64,000 bases of DNA, taken from assembly GCA_964106915.2 (NCBI GenBank), contig OZ066915.1, one strand, 5' to 3'. This document shows positions 49,863 to 63,186 of this stretch, one piece after another. The stretch's first letter is position 1; each line of letters starts with the position of its first letter. Under the pieces are notes generated by a model. That model had not been told where the DNA came from. It saw nothing but the letters and a program-made list of their open reading frames with translations, and did no database searches. Source of the DNA: Podarcis gaigeae (taxonomy: Eukaryota). The translations under genes and the position numbers were made by a program.

Positions 49863-52800
49863 CTGTTTAGTAGGAAAGACCAGAAGCAAATGGTGAACAA
49901 GAGAAAGGACAGACAACACAAATGCAAATGCATGCAACGGAGAGAGAGAGAAAGAGAAAGAGAGAGCACAAAAAAGGGACAAAACAAAAACTATCTTCTA
50001 CGTTGTAATCCCTAATGCCAGTCTAGGAGATTTCACATAGAAGCCTGTGTGCTGAAACTCTTAGGAATTGTGTTCCAAGTCAGTGGCAATTTCCAAGCAA
50101 GTCTTGGTTACTGTGAGTAGCCTATCACAAAGGGATGGAACCCAACCCAAGGTGTCTACAAGAAGCATGGGACAGAGCATAGGTTTAATCCAAAGGCTGT
50201 TTTATTCCACAGAAACATTTCTAAAGCAGATGGGATGGGAAGCAGGGGCCCTTGATTAATGGATGTTCAAGAGAGGGCTAGGCACTCTAGAACGGTGCTG
50301 CAGCAAGCTAATCCTTGCAGCCCAACTCAATCTGAGCTCTACCCCTGTAAAACAGCTCACATCCATCATAGATATTGTTGGTCCAGACCACAGTTTGGTG
50401 GCAAGCTAGGCCATTAAACCTGTAAAGCATGCTAAGAGGAGAGCCAACAATTCCACAGAGATTCCCTGCCTCTTGCATGGCCAATGATGTCACAATATAA
50501 CATTGTTATACATTCTATAGCACAGAATTGGCAGCAGATTGTGGGGTGGGGGGCACAATCCATCAGACATAGCCCCCAAAGGCAGACATGGGAAATAGCA
50601 TTTTGAATGGGCCGAGCTAACTTTTCTCTGGGCTAAATGTTAGGTGGTACGGTTGGTGCACAGAAGACCCAGTCTTAACTTTCCATGAGACCACAGCATT
50701 AATCATTTAGTAGTAAAATCTATGCCCTATGTTCAAAAGGGATTCCCAAAGCAGATTACATTAATCTTGGGAAAACAAATTGCAAGACCAAAGTGTTGCC
50801 ATCCAAAATTTAAGGTTGCTACACTTTGACTTTTGCACGGAACCTAAAAAGAAGCAAGAAGTGTAAGCTACCCTGTGCCCCACATTCTTGGGCCTTCATG
50901 TTTAAACATAGGGCAGTTTCAATAAGCATTATGTATTAACACAGAAAGAAGCAACAGCTAAGGTGTGTCTGTCTGGTCATAACTGGAAAGCACAGTTGTG
51001 TAGCCTCTAGAATACACCAGATGTGCATATACCCTGTTAACAATGGCTCAGGGGTGTCCATGTTAAGAACTCAATAAACAATTCCCCCTGAGTATTCTGC
51101 TTGTAGCTGGGAGACTATCTCAGCAGAGCAAAATGCGTAGCTGGAGACACACAACAAACTATAAACATTTACCTATTACTGGGTGCCAAAGGAACACTAT
51201 TTGGCCCTGTGATAGCTGCAGCACAATCCCTTGAGATGGGCCAACATGATCATTGCCAGCTAGCCATGCTCATCAAGCTGTTTGAGTGAATTACCACTTG
51301 CCCAGTTGCCAATTTACTTAAAGGCCCTGTTTGTACCACTTTTTTTTTCTACTTGGGAAACACAAAACATGCAGAGATTTTTGAATAACAAATAATACAT
51401 GCATGGACTGGTTTGCTGCCTTCCACCTCCCATATACACATGACCTTGGTGGATATTTAGAAGGGAAACATACAACAGTATTTGACACCATTTCTGTATT
51501 TTGCTCTCTGGCATGTACACCTGAAAGAAGTGGTCTTTATTCTCTTCTGCATCTCTTATGTTGTTTTTATCAACATCTGAGAATTATTTAGTCCCACAGC
51601 TGGGCCACTACATCTGGCTATTAACCATAACAGTAGGCATTCCCTTTTGCGTTTGTCCCTGCCTTCTAATTTGTTGGTTCTATCATGCCAATTAAGTGCT
51701 GACAGAGCATGTGCACAGATAGCTGTGTGTCCACTTCGTTATATATATATTCCCCACCCAAGAAGTGTGCAAAAGTACTTAAACAATAGTAAATTTGCTT
51801 GTGCAGTTTTTTGGTTTGTGCAAATCTTGAGTGATCTAAAGAATACATATATACATAGATGGCTAGGTTCCTGACACACCGTTATTGGCATGCTAGAAAA
51901 GAAATGAAGACAAATGTAAATTCTCAAGCACACACTTTTCAAATTGTTGCCCAATAAATCTGGTGTAGGTTTTGTGCAAATCTGAAAAAAATTAACAGAA
52001 ATATCTCCAGAAATGGTTACAAGCAAGGCCAGAAGAGAAATGAAAGCACTAAGGAAGTAGTGTACATAGGAAGGAGAGTAGCAGAAAGGGACAACACAGA
52101 AACAAATTGTCCATGACCCCAAATTGAGTGGCTTGGAACCTGATTTCCCCAACTTACTGGATTTATCCCCGTATCGAATAAGCCAAAATTTATAAGGGAA
52201 AAGCATCAAGACTGGTGTTGTGTGAGGGCAATGTCATGTGCACTATATGCAAATCAATTGGAAACACAAACAGCTACAAACCCACATTAAAACCCAGTGC
52301 GGACAAGCCCTAAGCCAACTATCGCAGATTCAAAATTAATACTTTGCTTTCAAAATTAATACTTTGCTTTTCCATCTCCCTACTTACCTTTGTACCTATT
52401 CACTCTTTAAAAAGGGGGAGAGAACCCAGAGACTAAAAATCCTTAAAACAAAGAGACTGAGCTGGGGCGGGATTGCCCTCCTCAGATAAACTGAAGTGGA
52501 GTACCTAGAAGTGCTTTTTTGTTTTGTTTTTAGGAGTTCAAACTTTGGGGTGAAGGAAATGGAGTGTGAGGGAAACAAGAGGACAACTTCAGAAATGCAC
52601 CCCTGCCATTAGATCAGCCAGGCACAGCATTACTCTAGCCATATACCAAAAAGCTCAAGGGCACAGCATCTGCAAATAGGCAACTCAAGAAGTCTCATTC
52701 CCCATTCTGCTTTACATATATAGCTTGTGCACCATGGAAGCAGGTACATGCTGCTTCCTGGCTGGCTGCAAAGCAAAGCATGGGTTTGCACAATAACACA

Positions 52801-53272
52801 CTGCAGCTAGGGAAAAAAGAGGACTTGGCTTCGTCTGCTGCATAGAGTGAAGGGTGCTGCAAGCAGCAAAGGGTATGCAAGCCAGAGGAGGCGATGACAC
52901 CTCTGGTGACTGTATAGTAATTTATTCCACAGGTCTCCTGATGCCCAGCTTCCACTCCTACAGTTCAAGAAGCACTGCAGGCAATGCTAGGGAATACTTC
53001 CTATGTCTATGCAGATAACAGCTGGGATGTGATAAAGATGTGATCTTTCATCCAAAGCAATTCTTGAATTTAGCCAAGGTTCTGGTTTTGGAAGCTTTTC
53101 TACAACCAAGTATGCTAGGGAGTAAGTTCCACTACAACACATTTAGAGAAATATCTCATAATGCTCTCCCACTGCTGCAGTTATGTGATGAAATAAGAGA
53201 CAGGAGGAATAAAAGACACTGCTACATTAAGTTGGTCGGTAGCTAACTAACTCATTAACTACTGCCATAGTA

Positions 53273-53647
53273 AAAAGGTAAAAGGTAAAGCTACCCCTGC
53301 CCATCAGGGCTAGTCGTGACCGACTCTAGGGTTGCGTGCTCATCTCACTCAAGAGGCCGGGAGCCGGCGCTGTCCGAAGACACTTCCGGGTCATGTGGCC
53401 AGCGTGACTAAGCTGCACCTGGCGAGCCAGCACCAGCGCCGCACACAGAAACGCCGTTTACCTTCCCTCTAGAAAGCGGTCCCTATTTATCTACTTGCAC
53501 TTAGGGGTGCTTTCAAACTGCTAGGTAGGCAGGAGCTGGGACCAAATGACGGGAGCTCACCCCGCTGCGGGGATTCGAACCGCCAACCTTTCAATCGGCA
53601 GGTCCTAGGCTCTGTGGTTTAACCCACAGCGCCACCCGTGTCCCCTA
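53273..53647 (-). mobile_element. Full-length Sauria SINE in the last RNF157 intron
   Basis: Reverse-complement head at 53600-53645, (GGTAAA)n tail, TSD ACTGCCATAGTA at 53261-53272 and 53648-53659. Confidence 0.9.
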
Positions 53648-56496
53648 ACTGCCATAGTATAGGCCTTTAAATATGAGAAAGTTTTGCTTTCCTAAAAGTA
53701 AAACAAACAAAAAAACCTGACATCAAATGTTATGGAGATTTATCTGCAATGATGGACTTTTTGGGGGGCGGGAAGAGAGAGGATTTGCTAAAAGTAATAT
53801 TTTGCATGATAGTTCACATGCTGTCATTAATGCACACTGTTGTTCATTTTAAAAGCACAGAGATGCATTACAAAGCCTTTTTTTTACCAGTTTGCACCAT
53901 ATTGCACAGTATATTAAGCTACTGTTCTATATCTTTCCTTATTCAAAAACTCATTGACAAGCCTGCTATTTCACAGGTTCTAGGCAACTTTAAATGGCTC
54001 AGCTGTGAAATATGTTGTGCAACATGTCATTCCTCCTCCCCACTTTTTGTTCTTCTGAAAGAACTGCAACCACTGTTCTGATACCTGATGCTATATTTGG
54101 AACACTTATCCACTACACCAGGTATGCAGTTTTCAAGAAAGTCAAGGACATTCATTACATCCATACTGGCGACTTTATTGAATAAGATGGGTTGCATGTG
54201 TCAGCCTCTGTTCTCTGGTTCCTTACTGCCCAATAGCCATTTTAAAACCCCTGGGAAAAAAATGTTCCAGTGTCTTATTTCACTGCCCTCCAATAGCTTG
54301 CTTGACTGAAGCAGGATTTCCCAGTTTAAAAGATCACAATTTGAAGGGTTATGGATACGCACTAAATTGTACTTAGCAAGGCATTTGGTTAAGATTTTGC
54401 TCGGGTCTGGGCTTATACACAGAGCCATGATCGCTTGAAGGTACCAACACTGCAAGGACATAATATGGTGCAATATTTTAACCTCGTAACTATAAATGAC
54501 CTTGCATGTGGCTGTGTTCAAACAATTCCTGCCCCAGAAGAAAGATGGCATTTACCACTATTGTTAGAGGGTCTCTTATCTGTGGGCACATATGCTTTTG
54601 CAGAGCAAAGCTTGGATTAACTGCAGAATTTCCCAAGTGAAATAAATTACACAGAGGGACAGCACAACAGAGGAAGAGAGCTAGCTTGCTAGCAGCTATG
54701 TGAGAAAGCTCTCCCTCTCCGAAGCAGTGAATTAGACCAATCAAGAAAGATTCTTTCAGGTATCTCAAGTTTACAGCCTTGAAAGCTTTAGCGGAAGGCA
54801 AAATAAGCAATAGATGGGTTGCTATGGTGTTACAAATGACAACAAATTTACTGACATGGGAGGACGGGTCTGATGCACCTGCATTTTAAAGATTTGGGGC
54901 ATAAGCCAGAAGAGGTTAGGAACACTTAAATCCTATTAAAATAAACAGAAATTAAAACACACACTAGGTAAGTGTTCCAAGTCCTCTCTGGGTGGGACAC
55001 ATGAATGCAATCCATCAAGGGCAGAGGTGCACAAGACCCTTATATGTCAATGAACTGGCACAGAATTGTGCCCATGGTTTCCAATCATTGGAAATAAAAA
55101 CCAACAAATCTTTAATTTTCATTAATCCTGGACCAGGCAAGGCCAATTTGCTCAACTATAATGCAGGATCCTATTCCCCCCTATTCAGTTTTGTCCAGAC
55201 CCCTAAAGGTCAGTCAGTAAAATTTACAGCCATTTCAGCAACCCGGAGAAATGGAAAGGGTGGAAGCATGGGCTAAGAAAAGAAAAACAAGAAATTTGCT
55301 GGCATAGAGTGAACATGAACTTTCACACTGATGAAACCCAGTGGGGCAAAAAGATCAATGAAACAGCAAAGAGACACACAAGGCATACCCGGGGTTAGTA
55401 ACAAAAAGTAAGGTGGGGAATGTGATACCAGGGCTAAGCCAAAGAATTATTAAGAATGTCTCTAACATGCTTTTTCGTTAGGTTACTAATCAGGCTAGCT
55501 ATGTGTAAAGAAAATAATTAAATCTGAAGGACTTTTACATATTGATTAGAAATAGAATGAGATTGGGGGCGCTGGCTGGATCTTATTTTAGTGCAGGAAG
55601 AAGTCCCCCAATAGAGCATCTTTTCCATAGAGTCACTAAATTAGATATCATGGAACAAGTGTGGTTCTTTCTGTACCCAACAGATCTAACCAATGCTTTG
55701 ACTTCTATAAGCCTATCTAGGAGATGACAATTTATCCTGCCACTAGTAATCTTGTCAGGAAGAACTCTGCACGCTGAATCTTGGGCTCAACTTTAAAACT
55801 TAACCCTATTTCTTATGCCAGGCGTATGTGAACATATCTAAACTGTACACCTAAAATGGCTTTCACTGCCATGGCTGAAGGATCTTGGGCACTGGTCCTC
55901 AACAGGTGGATGAGGACACCCAGGTGGGTTACAACCCAACCAAAAGTGGGCTGCACCAGCAGTGCTGACATTTCCTTTCCCCCCTTGGCTTCAAAACGTT
56001 TTAAAGATGAGGAAAAAATGTGGAGGGGGAGAGAGTAGGACACAGAAGGAGAAAGAAGGGGATGGAAATATTCAGTAAGAAATAAGAGTGGGCACCACGC
56101 TACACATGGAATTAAATGTGGCTCCCGTGTCTTATGGGCTAGGAACTCCAACAAAGATGTTTCCACACCCTCAGGGAGTTTTGGTTCCTAGGGGTCAGCG
56201 GAGAAAGCCACATTAAAAACTTGCCTTAAGTTAGGAAACCTAAAAATGATCTCTGTATTGTAGTGTGATGCAGGGCTGGTCAGGGGAGGTAAGTGGGCAT
56301 GGTTTAAAATATCTGGAAGATGCCATAGCTGAGCACCTTTATTTTTGCTTGTTTCAACGTGAAGTATAGCTATATGTACATGCAAGTGTTACGTTCTGGC
56401 TGCTGGTGACAGGGTGGGGTGGGGGGGATATGTAAGAGGCTCCCCTCCCACCTCCACACACCCACAAAAGTTCATGTTCAGCAGACTGCCACTCAC

Positions 56497-56607
56497 CAGG
56501 TAAGCAGGCCTCAGAGCACAGCTTATTGTCCAGTGCTTTCACGCTTGCGTTGCCAATGTCATTGTTATTGTCACACTCCATACCTAGGTATGCGCCTGTC
56601 CTTTGGC
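56497..56607 (-). CDS. RNF157: RNF157 penultimate constitutive exon (GQRTGAYLGMECDNNNDIGNASVKALDNKLCSEACLP)
   Basis: cccttacag| acceptor, G|GTGAGT donor, 111 nt, phase 1 to 1. Matches human GQRTCAFLGMECDNNND...SVKALDNKLCSEVCLP (recalled). Confidence 0.93.
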
Positions 56608-59442
56608 CTGTAAGGGAGTTAATGTAGTTAGAGAGGGGATGGGGCTGCGCTTTGACATACGTATTCTTTCTCCTTAAAATATCGGAAGGCACAAACAGTT
56701 TGTATCAGGAGTTGGGGAAGAAAACCTCAACGGCAGCCCATGGGGGCATAGAGAGTGGACAATAACGCATTCGACTGGGTTGCGTCTGCATTAAGCCATC
56801 TTGGCAGGTTTCCTCAACCACTTCCATTTCTATCCTGGTTTCCAAGAAGAAGAAAAATTGCCAGTGAGAAAGGGTACAGGCACAGGAGGATATTTAGCCT
56901 TTTCTGCAAAGGCAACACATAAGCAGGCACAGAAAGGAAGATCACCAGCTCATGCTTTTGCAGGTCTCTGGCTGGTGTCTAAAGCCTTGTGGAGGAAGCT
57001 ATATGAATGCTTCAAAAACCAAAACGTTCCCCCAACTTGTTACCTCTCCAGCAAATGCAACACAACAGGAACATCAGTTGGTTGCAAAAAGAAAGCACTA
57101 TTAATTTTGTATCGCAAACAAGCACCATTGGACATATCCTTCTCTTCGGGTAGCTCTGGGAATGGTAGTTCTTTGTGACAGGGGTGGGGAAATTGACGGC
57201 CTCCCGATGTTCCTGGACTCCATCTCCCATAGTCCCAGACCTCTGGCCATGCTGGCTGGGGCTGTTGGGGGGTGGAGTTCAACAAAATGTCGCCTGGAGC
57301 TCCATTAGTTCCCGTTTCCAGTTCTGTTGAGTGAGTGCTAGGGATTTCTAACAGAATTCCTAGTTCCTTCACAAGAACGGCAATTCCCAGGATTCCTTGA
57401 ATGATGCCTTGCACTGGTATAAAACAGATACAGAAAGGTCTGTAGCACAGATTTGTTTGCTTTGACACAGCTTAATGTTGGAAAGCAAAAACTGTGATTC
57501 CCTTAGGCTACCTTTTTCACGTTTCTCCAGTAATATTCTAAGAGGTGCTCACACATATCATAATTACTGCAGTGAGTTTCCATTTTTAACAGTTGAATGA
57601 GAAGGCTAAACTGAGTCAAATGTCTGTTTAAATGGGGGCATCTTCTTTTACCTGAAGCTCTCAAGACATTGAGCGATGCATTACTTCTGAAAACGCCCCA
57701 ACCTAACCAACAATGGCATCTGCTTTAACAAGATCTGGCTATACCCCTCTCCCTACCCTACAAAAGCCCTTAGGCTTATTCATTATTTTCCCTTGCAATA
57801 TTCCAGATTAAATTTAGACTGTGTGGGTACTATTTTTTTTTTTTTTGTTTTTTAAAGAGACAGATATATATATGTGGTAAAGGAAGAAATTTACAGGACT
57901 TCCATATATTAACTCCAGAAAAGTTAATAGAAATTTTGCCATTTGGTTTTTTAAAAAAGCAAAAGACCTTGCAAGAGGGAATCTGTTCAATTGTTTTCTG
58001 GACAAGTGGTTTTGGGGGCTGGAGCAGAAGTCTATGGTTAAAAAAATATTTCTGTGACAACTCTCTGAAGCCCTGAAAGAAAAACATTCCACACAGTAAT
58101 GTGGGTTGTTCTTTACTTAATCAACCACACAGACTATCCATCCTACTCTGGACTCCCTACTGGTTGGACGCGCATGTGTGCAAAAACTCGCAAGTCCTAA
58201 GAACACCAGAAGAGCATTCCTGGACATCTAAATAAGAGTGCTATTTAGAAGGCCTTCTGATATTTCAAGCTTCAAAATAAAGTAAGTCTTTGTGGTAACA
58301 GAATCCCTCAAGGCCGCTTTGGTTGACATGCTAAGAAGCAAAACTGATGCACAGCCAAGTACTCCAGCATGGCTGGTTTATGGAGTGGGCTGCTGGGCAT
58401 GTGTTGAAATATTGTGCTGCACGACTGCTGTACGAGGCAAGCATGCAACCCCACTGGAATCCCAGAAGCGCAGCTGGCACTAAAGCAGAAGCCCCAGCCA
58501 TTGGAGGGGGAAAAGGGAATGGCACCTGCTGACCCACGGAAAAGCCACCAGGTTTTGGTGAACACTGTCATTATACCGCTATTTAAGAATGGGTTCTCTG
58601 CCTTGTTGGTGCTTACTGAGGGTGTGAGAAGTGTTGCGCATGGAAGAGAAAAAGATCACACGATCGGTCACCCTCCCCATCACTCAGAACCAGTGGCATG
58701 CCACAGTTTAACTGAGTTACAATTTGCTCCAGTTATGGGTAAACTTGGCCCAACTCCTGCTGCAGCTTTTAAGTTAACCCTCAAATGTTAGCAAAAACAC
58801 AGCAGCATGAAACATTCTGCAAGCATACCAGGAGGCAGAAGCCCGAGGCTAACTGGCATGTTCCATTGAAATTGCATATTCACTATGCATATGCTTTGTG
58901 GATGTCAACTTCCAGAATCATAACACACATGAGGGTTTAAGTTTTGTTTTAACCTTCCAATTATTAAGCATGCGGTTGCGGTATTTTCGAGCTTGTCTCC
59001 TTGCTGCTGACCATGAGCACCTGAAACTTGCCTTTTAAAAATGAGATGCTCAGAGTTCACAAGGAAAGTCCACGAGTCAACTAAAAGCTATTTTACTTGG
59101 GGAGGGTTGTGTATGGAAACTCTTAAGAATGTTTATTCTGAAGTTCTACAAAGCGGGCTGATTTCTAATCAGCCAAACACACCAAGGAAGAAGAGGAAGC
59201 CCATTTTACCTGGCTTCTCTTCCCACCACAGTGAGAGCTTGTCTCTGCATCTTCCAAAAGTACCAAAGAGGTGTGTCGTCATCTGGGGTTATGGGAGTGT
59301 CACAGATCCCTTACTTTTAGGGGAGCAGTTTTCCACCAGGGTCCCTATGTCAGCGGCCCATGACCTAGCTCCCAAAACGTGATGATTTGCATTGACCTAT
59401 GCTTTGCTGCTGCAAAGTTCTGGTGTCAATAGCCCTCTAAGT

Positions 59443-59578
59443 CAGTGTTTCCCAACCTTGGGCCTCCAGCTGTTTTTGAACTACAATTCCCATCATCCCT
59501 GACCACTGGTCTTGCTAGCTAGGGATGATGGGAGTTGTAGTTCAAAAACAGCTGGAGGCCCAAGGTTGGGAAACACTG
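59443..59578. mobile_element. Palindromic hAT MITE (136 bp)
   Basis: Near-perfect foldback CAGTGTTTCCCAACCTTGGGCCTCCAGCTG...CAGCTGGAGGCCCAAGGTTGGGAAACACTG with 8-bp TSD CTCTAAGT. Decayed relatives near 11210, 17580, 18670, 25355, 35980, 57180 and 62255. Confidence 0.9.
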
Positions 59579-60176
59579 CTCTAAGTAGCTAGTAGGTCAT
59601 TATCTGCAACAGTGAAGAATTCCCCCCACAGTTTTGCAATTTTGCACCAGAACATCCACTGCTAAGGGCATTGCCAAAGATGCTCCAGCTATCTGAAGAT
59701 TGCTCTCTGCTTCATCCTTCTCTCCCCGCTCCCGTTTCCCAGAGAAGTGTGTGGAATTGCTATTGCTTTAGTAAGGGACCCTGGCATTTTGAAATTGAGG
59801 ACTTTTCATTTATGTCTCTACCTTGCAACATTTTAATAATTTCACTTGTGAGCGACATTACTGAAACTCCTGAAAGCTGTTTTACACTACCTTGTATTCT
59901 AGCATCTAGACCTCATATTCTAGCATCAGAAACACATAAGCCCACAATATACAGGGAAAGCCATCAAGTAGCTTTATATTACAACTCCTCCCAACACCTC
60001 CAAACTCTTTAGACCATCCATCTGCTACTACAAGATAAACAAGGCTGAGCTTGTCCAGAAGTCCCACCCCTGCTCAGCCTTGCTTTTCCTTATCCGCCAC
60101 TCTGAACACCACCAGCTGGATGTGATGGAATATAGCCAAAAAATATGGGGAAAGGAGTAATGGTCTGTTCTGTTAC

Positions 60177-60225
60177 CATCTTCTTGTGTGGGGGAGGCAG
60201 CCTCTTCCTCCATGACATCATTCCC
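60177..60225 (-). CDS. RNF157: RNF157 internal exon (GNDVMEEEAASPTQED)
   Basis: ttttgtggcag| acceptor, G|GTAACA donor, 49 nt, phase 0 to 1. Matches human GNDVIEEEDGSPTQE (recalled). Confidence 0.88.
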
Positions 60226-60664
60226 CTGCCACAAAAGATGACAAGGTGCAAATGTTAAAAGTGAAGGACTTGCAATACACAGAGGAAGACACAAAAGCTC
60301 AGTTATCAGAGCTTGGTTCCCTCCTTAAAAGGGTGTCAAGAGAAGCATTCTCCTGTGCATTTTCTCCACAGAAGAAACCTGAAATTGGCTTGATCAAATG
60401 AACTCAGCCAGAGGCCGCCTGTGAAACCTAGTGCGGTGGTGCTTTGACCAATCAGAAAGCCATGGATATGAAGTTTAGTTTGCTTGTTTCTAGAACTGGA
60501 GTCCCAGTCATATGGGGGCACTAGGTTTCACAGGGAGCCTCTGGCTGAGGAGCTGCCTTGGCTGGGCAGCAAGGAATAGCAACATAGAGAATATGCTTAG
60601 CTAACAGCGATCCACGAAGACTCAGATTAGCCAGAATAACCTGTTCCCTCACCGATCCAGAGTA

Positions 60665-61105
60665 TTTCCTCCTCCCCCCCTTTTTATAACTTTATTTTTT
60701 TATTATTTTGATGAAGTAGTAATAAATAAATAAGAATTAAAACGTGCACCCCACGCCCAAGACCATTCCATTGTAACTATCCAACCTACAAAAATTTCAA
60801 CACCTCTTGAGATGGTTTGACCCCTTTCCATTTAAACACTACAAATTCTACAAATACCTTCCATATCTCCTCAAAATTATTTCTCCTGCATATTCCCCGT
60901 CTTACCTTAATAGCACATGTTAATTTATCATTAAAAGCTACATCCCACACCTCTTTATACCATTCCTCCATTTTATGGTCACCTTGCCCCTTCCACTTCC
61001 TAGCTATAATAACTTGTTCAGCTGTCAATAAATTTGTGAGCAAGTCCTTCATATCCTGTGAACCTTCTACCCCATTGTAAATTGATAATAATACTACCTC
61101 TGGAG
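60665..61105 (-). mobile_element. L1/Tx1-clade LINE 3' fragment
   Basis: MKDLLTNLLTA...ARKWKGQ..KMEEWYKEVWD is highly similar to the 6540-7115 copy, including the 3'UTR. Confidence 0.8.
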
Positions 61106-61432
61106 CTTTAACCCAGTGATTTCTGTTATCTCCTTAAACACCCTTTGCCAAAAAAGTTGTATGTCACTTTGTGCTGAGCTACAAACTTCATCACTGAGCA
61201 GCTCTCAGCTTCCCCTTTATCAACTACACAATTTACAGCATTTTCCATCTACAGTATTTCACTTTACTCATTGGCTCCCATCTGCCTTTCTCTCCCTAAC
61301 TGATGCCTAGGCTTTCAGGTTGCCAAAGCAAAACGTTTTCACAAGAAAGCTTCAGCCACTGGCTTTTACATCCAATCATCCCTCCCCTTCAACCCCCCTG
61401 TGTTAAATAGGCTTTCAAATGTGGAACTTTAC

Positions 61433-61498
61433 CTCTGCGTCTCGTTCCTCTGCTGACATACTGACAAAATTTTCATCTGGAGATTCAACGGGGGTTGA
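61433..61498 (-). CDS. RNF157: RNF157 66-nt exon (STPVESPDENFVSMSAEERDAE), not in ORF track
   Basis: Strong pyrimidine tract ttttccctttctcttcccttag|, GAG|GTAAAG donor, phase 0 to 0. Resembles human GLPAESPDSNFAGLPAGEQDAE (recalled). Confidence 0.85.
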
Positions 61499-61683
61499 CT
61501 AAGGGAAGAGAAAGGGAAAAGGGCAGGACTTGGACTTACTGGTGCATTTCCTGTAGAGGCAGGTTACCATCACTGGCAAATTGCATCAGTGGTATCAACC
61601 CCAATGCACGTTCTGAATTTTTAAAAGTCTCGCTGGCTTCCCACCTCTTCTCAAATGAGTTTTTGCAACAAGGTACACCTGGC

Positions 61684-61849
61684 CAGTGCTTTTTTTTCCT
61701 AAAAAAATGTTTAGGGGTACTCTCATTTTGACTCAAGAAAATCACCATTTTATAGTACAAATCGGGAAAAATAAATACAGTAAATCGACAAAAGTACGAA
61801 GATTCACAAAATGTTTAGGGGTCTGCATCCCCCCAGAAAAAGAGCATTG
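61684..61849. mobile_element. Non-autonomous hAT element (166 bp)
   Basis: TIRs CAGTGCTTTTTTT and GAAAAAGAGCATTG. Exact 8-bp TSD CACCTGGC at 61676-61683 and 61850-61857. Confidence 0.82.
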
Positions 61850-62481
61850 CACCTGGCCGCCATATTGGTCCATTTCTGCCACACCTAGGCAATGGCTGCT
61901 TAGCCACAACCTACAATGCTGTGTGTTTGCTGCCATCTTGGATGTTATAATATATAATCACTGGGTTCCACCCAATAGCTGAAATGGCTTGAATAACCTT
62001 TTTTAAAAAAAACCTAGGTGGTATTCAACTTTTACCCTGAGTATAACTTATTTTATTCTGTGAACTGCCCTGAAACCCCCTGGGTAGAAGAAAAAGAGGA
62101 AGAAGAAATAATTAAATAACATGACTTAACCATGTCCATTAATTTCAATGGGTCTACTTTGATTAAAACATTCTCTCGGTTTGATAATTTTAAAAGGTCT
62201 TGCATTATATGAAGTGCTTTGCCTGCCCCAGTGGTGAACATATCCCTTAGAGTAGGGATGGGGAACATGTAACTCTCCAGTTATTGTTGGACCACGACCC
62301 CCATCATCTCTGGCTACTTTCCCTCCTGGCTGGGAGTGATGAGCATTGAAGTTCCACCACATCTGGAAGGCCACAGGTTTCCCATCCCTGCCTTAATAAG
62401 GGTGGCTGTCATCACAGAAATGAACTATCCCGCATCACAGTTTCTGCTGCTTGGTCATCTGAATAGGCTTGCCATACTTAC

Positions 62482-62666
62482 ATCTCCTTCTGAAGGTACC
62501 CCACTGGCAACAGCAGGCGATGGGATCATGTCCCCCTCTTCCTCAGTACCAGGAGCTACATAGGAGCCTGACATGGAAGACATGGTGTCAGTGCTGATCT
62601 CAGAGTGCTGGCTTTGAGAGGAAGCCATGGACATGACCGACTGGGCCAGGCTGCTGCTAACAGGAT
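62482..62666 (-). CDS. RNF157: RNF157 internal exon (DPVSSSLAQSVMSMASSQ...MSGSYVAPGTEEEG...PSEGD)
   Basis: ctttccttag| acceptor, GAT|GTAAGT donor, 185 nt, phase 1 to 0. Matches RNF157 SSSLAQSVMSMASSQ/ISTDT/SMSGSY.APGTEEEG. Confidence 0.93.
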
Positions 62667-62947
62667 CTAAGGAAAGAGAGGAGGACGCAGGCAAGACATT
62701 GCCAGGGAGGCTGGTTATAAAGGGACACACAATAAACTAGCTGAGATACAAGTTTAGCAAAAATTTAAAAAACAAGCTTTTTAAGAGCTTCCAAGATCCA
62801 ACCCAAGCCTCAGTCCTGTGCAAGGAAAAGGTCCACTCTGCTGTGCTCTTAACTCAGTCGGTACATGACACGTTTTCTTTACGGCATCCGGCTCCCGATC
62901 ACGTGTCTTTCATGAGCTGTCTCTTCTAGCTCAAATCCTATGATAAT

Positions 62948-63186
62948 GACTAATATACACACAATAATTACCAAAATGATTATACATTCTTTATCAATCT
63001 TCTGAGAAAAATGCCGAACCTTATGCAAAGCCAGAGAGACTTGCGAACTACCCAACCTAAGATGAACTTACAATGTCTGATTTCCGTTATAATGTCTCTG
63101 TGACTTTGCATAAGGTTCTGTATTTTTCTTAGAAGATTGATAAAGAATGTATAATCATTTTGGTAATTATTGTGTGTATATTAGTC
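62948..63186. repeat. Long inverted repeat: 93-bp arms, 53-bp spacer
   Basis: 62948-63040 is the reverse complement of 63094-63186. The outer 56 bp are perfect, with 5 mismatches in total by manual count. Confidence 0.92.
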
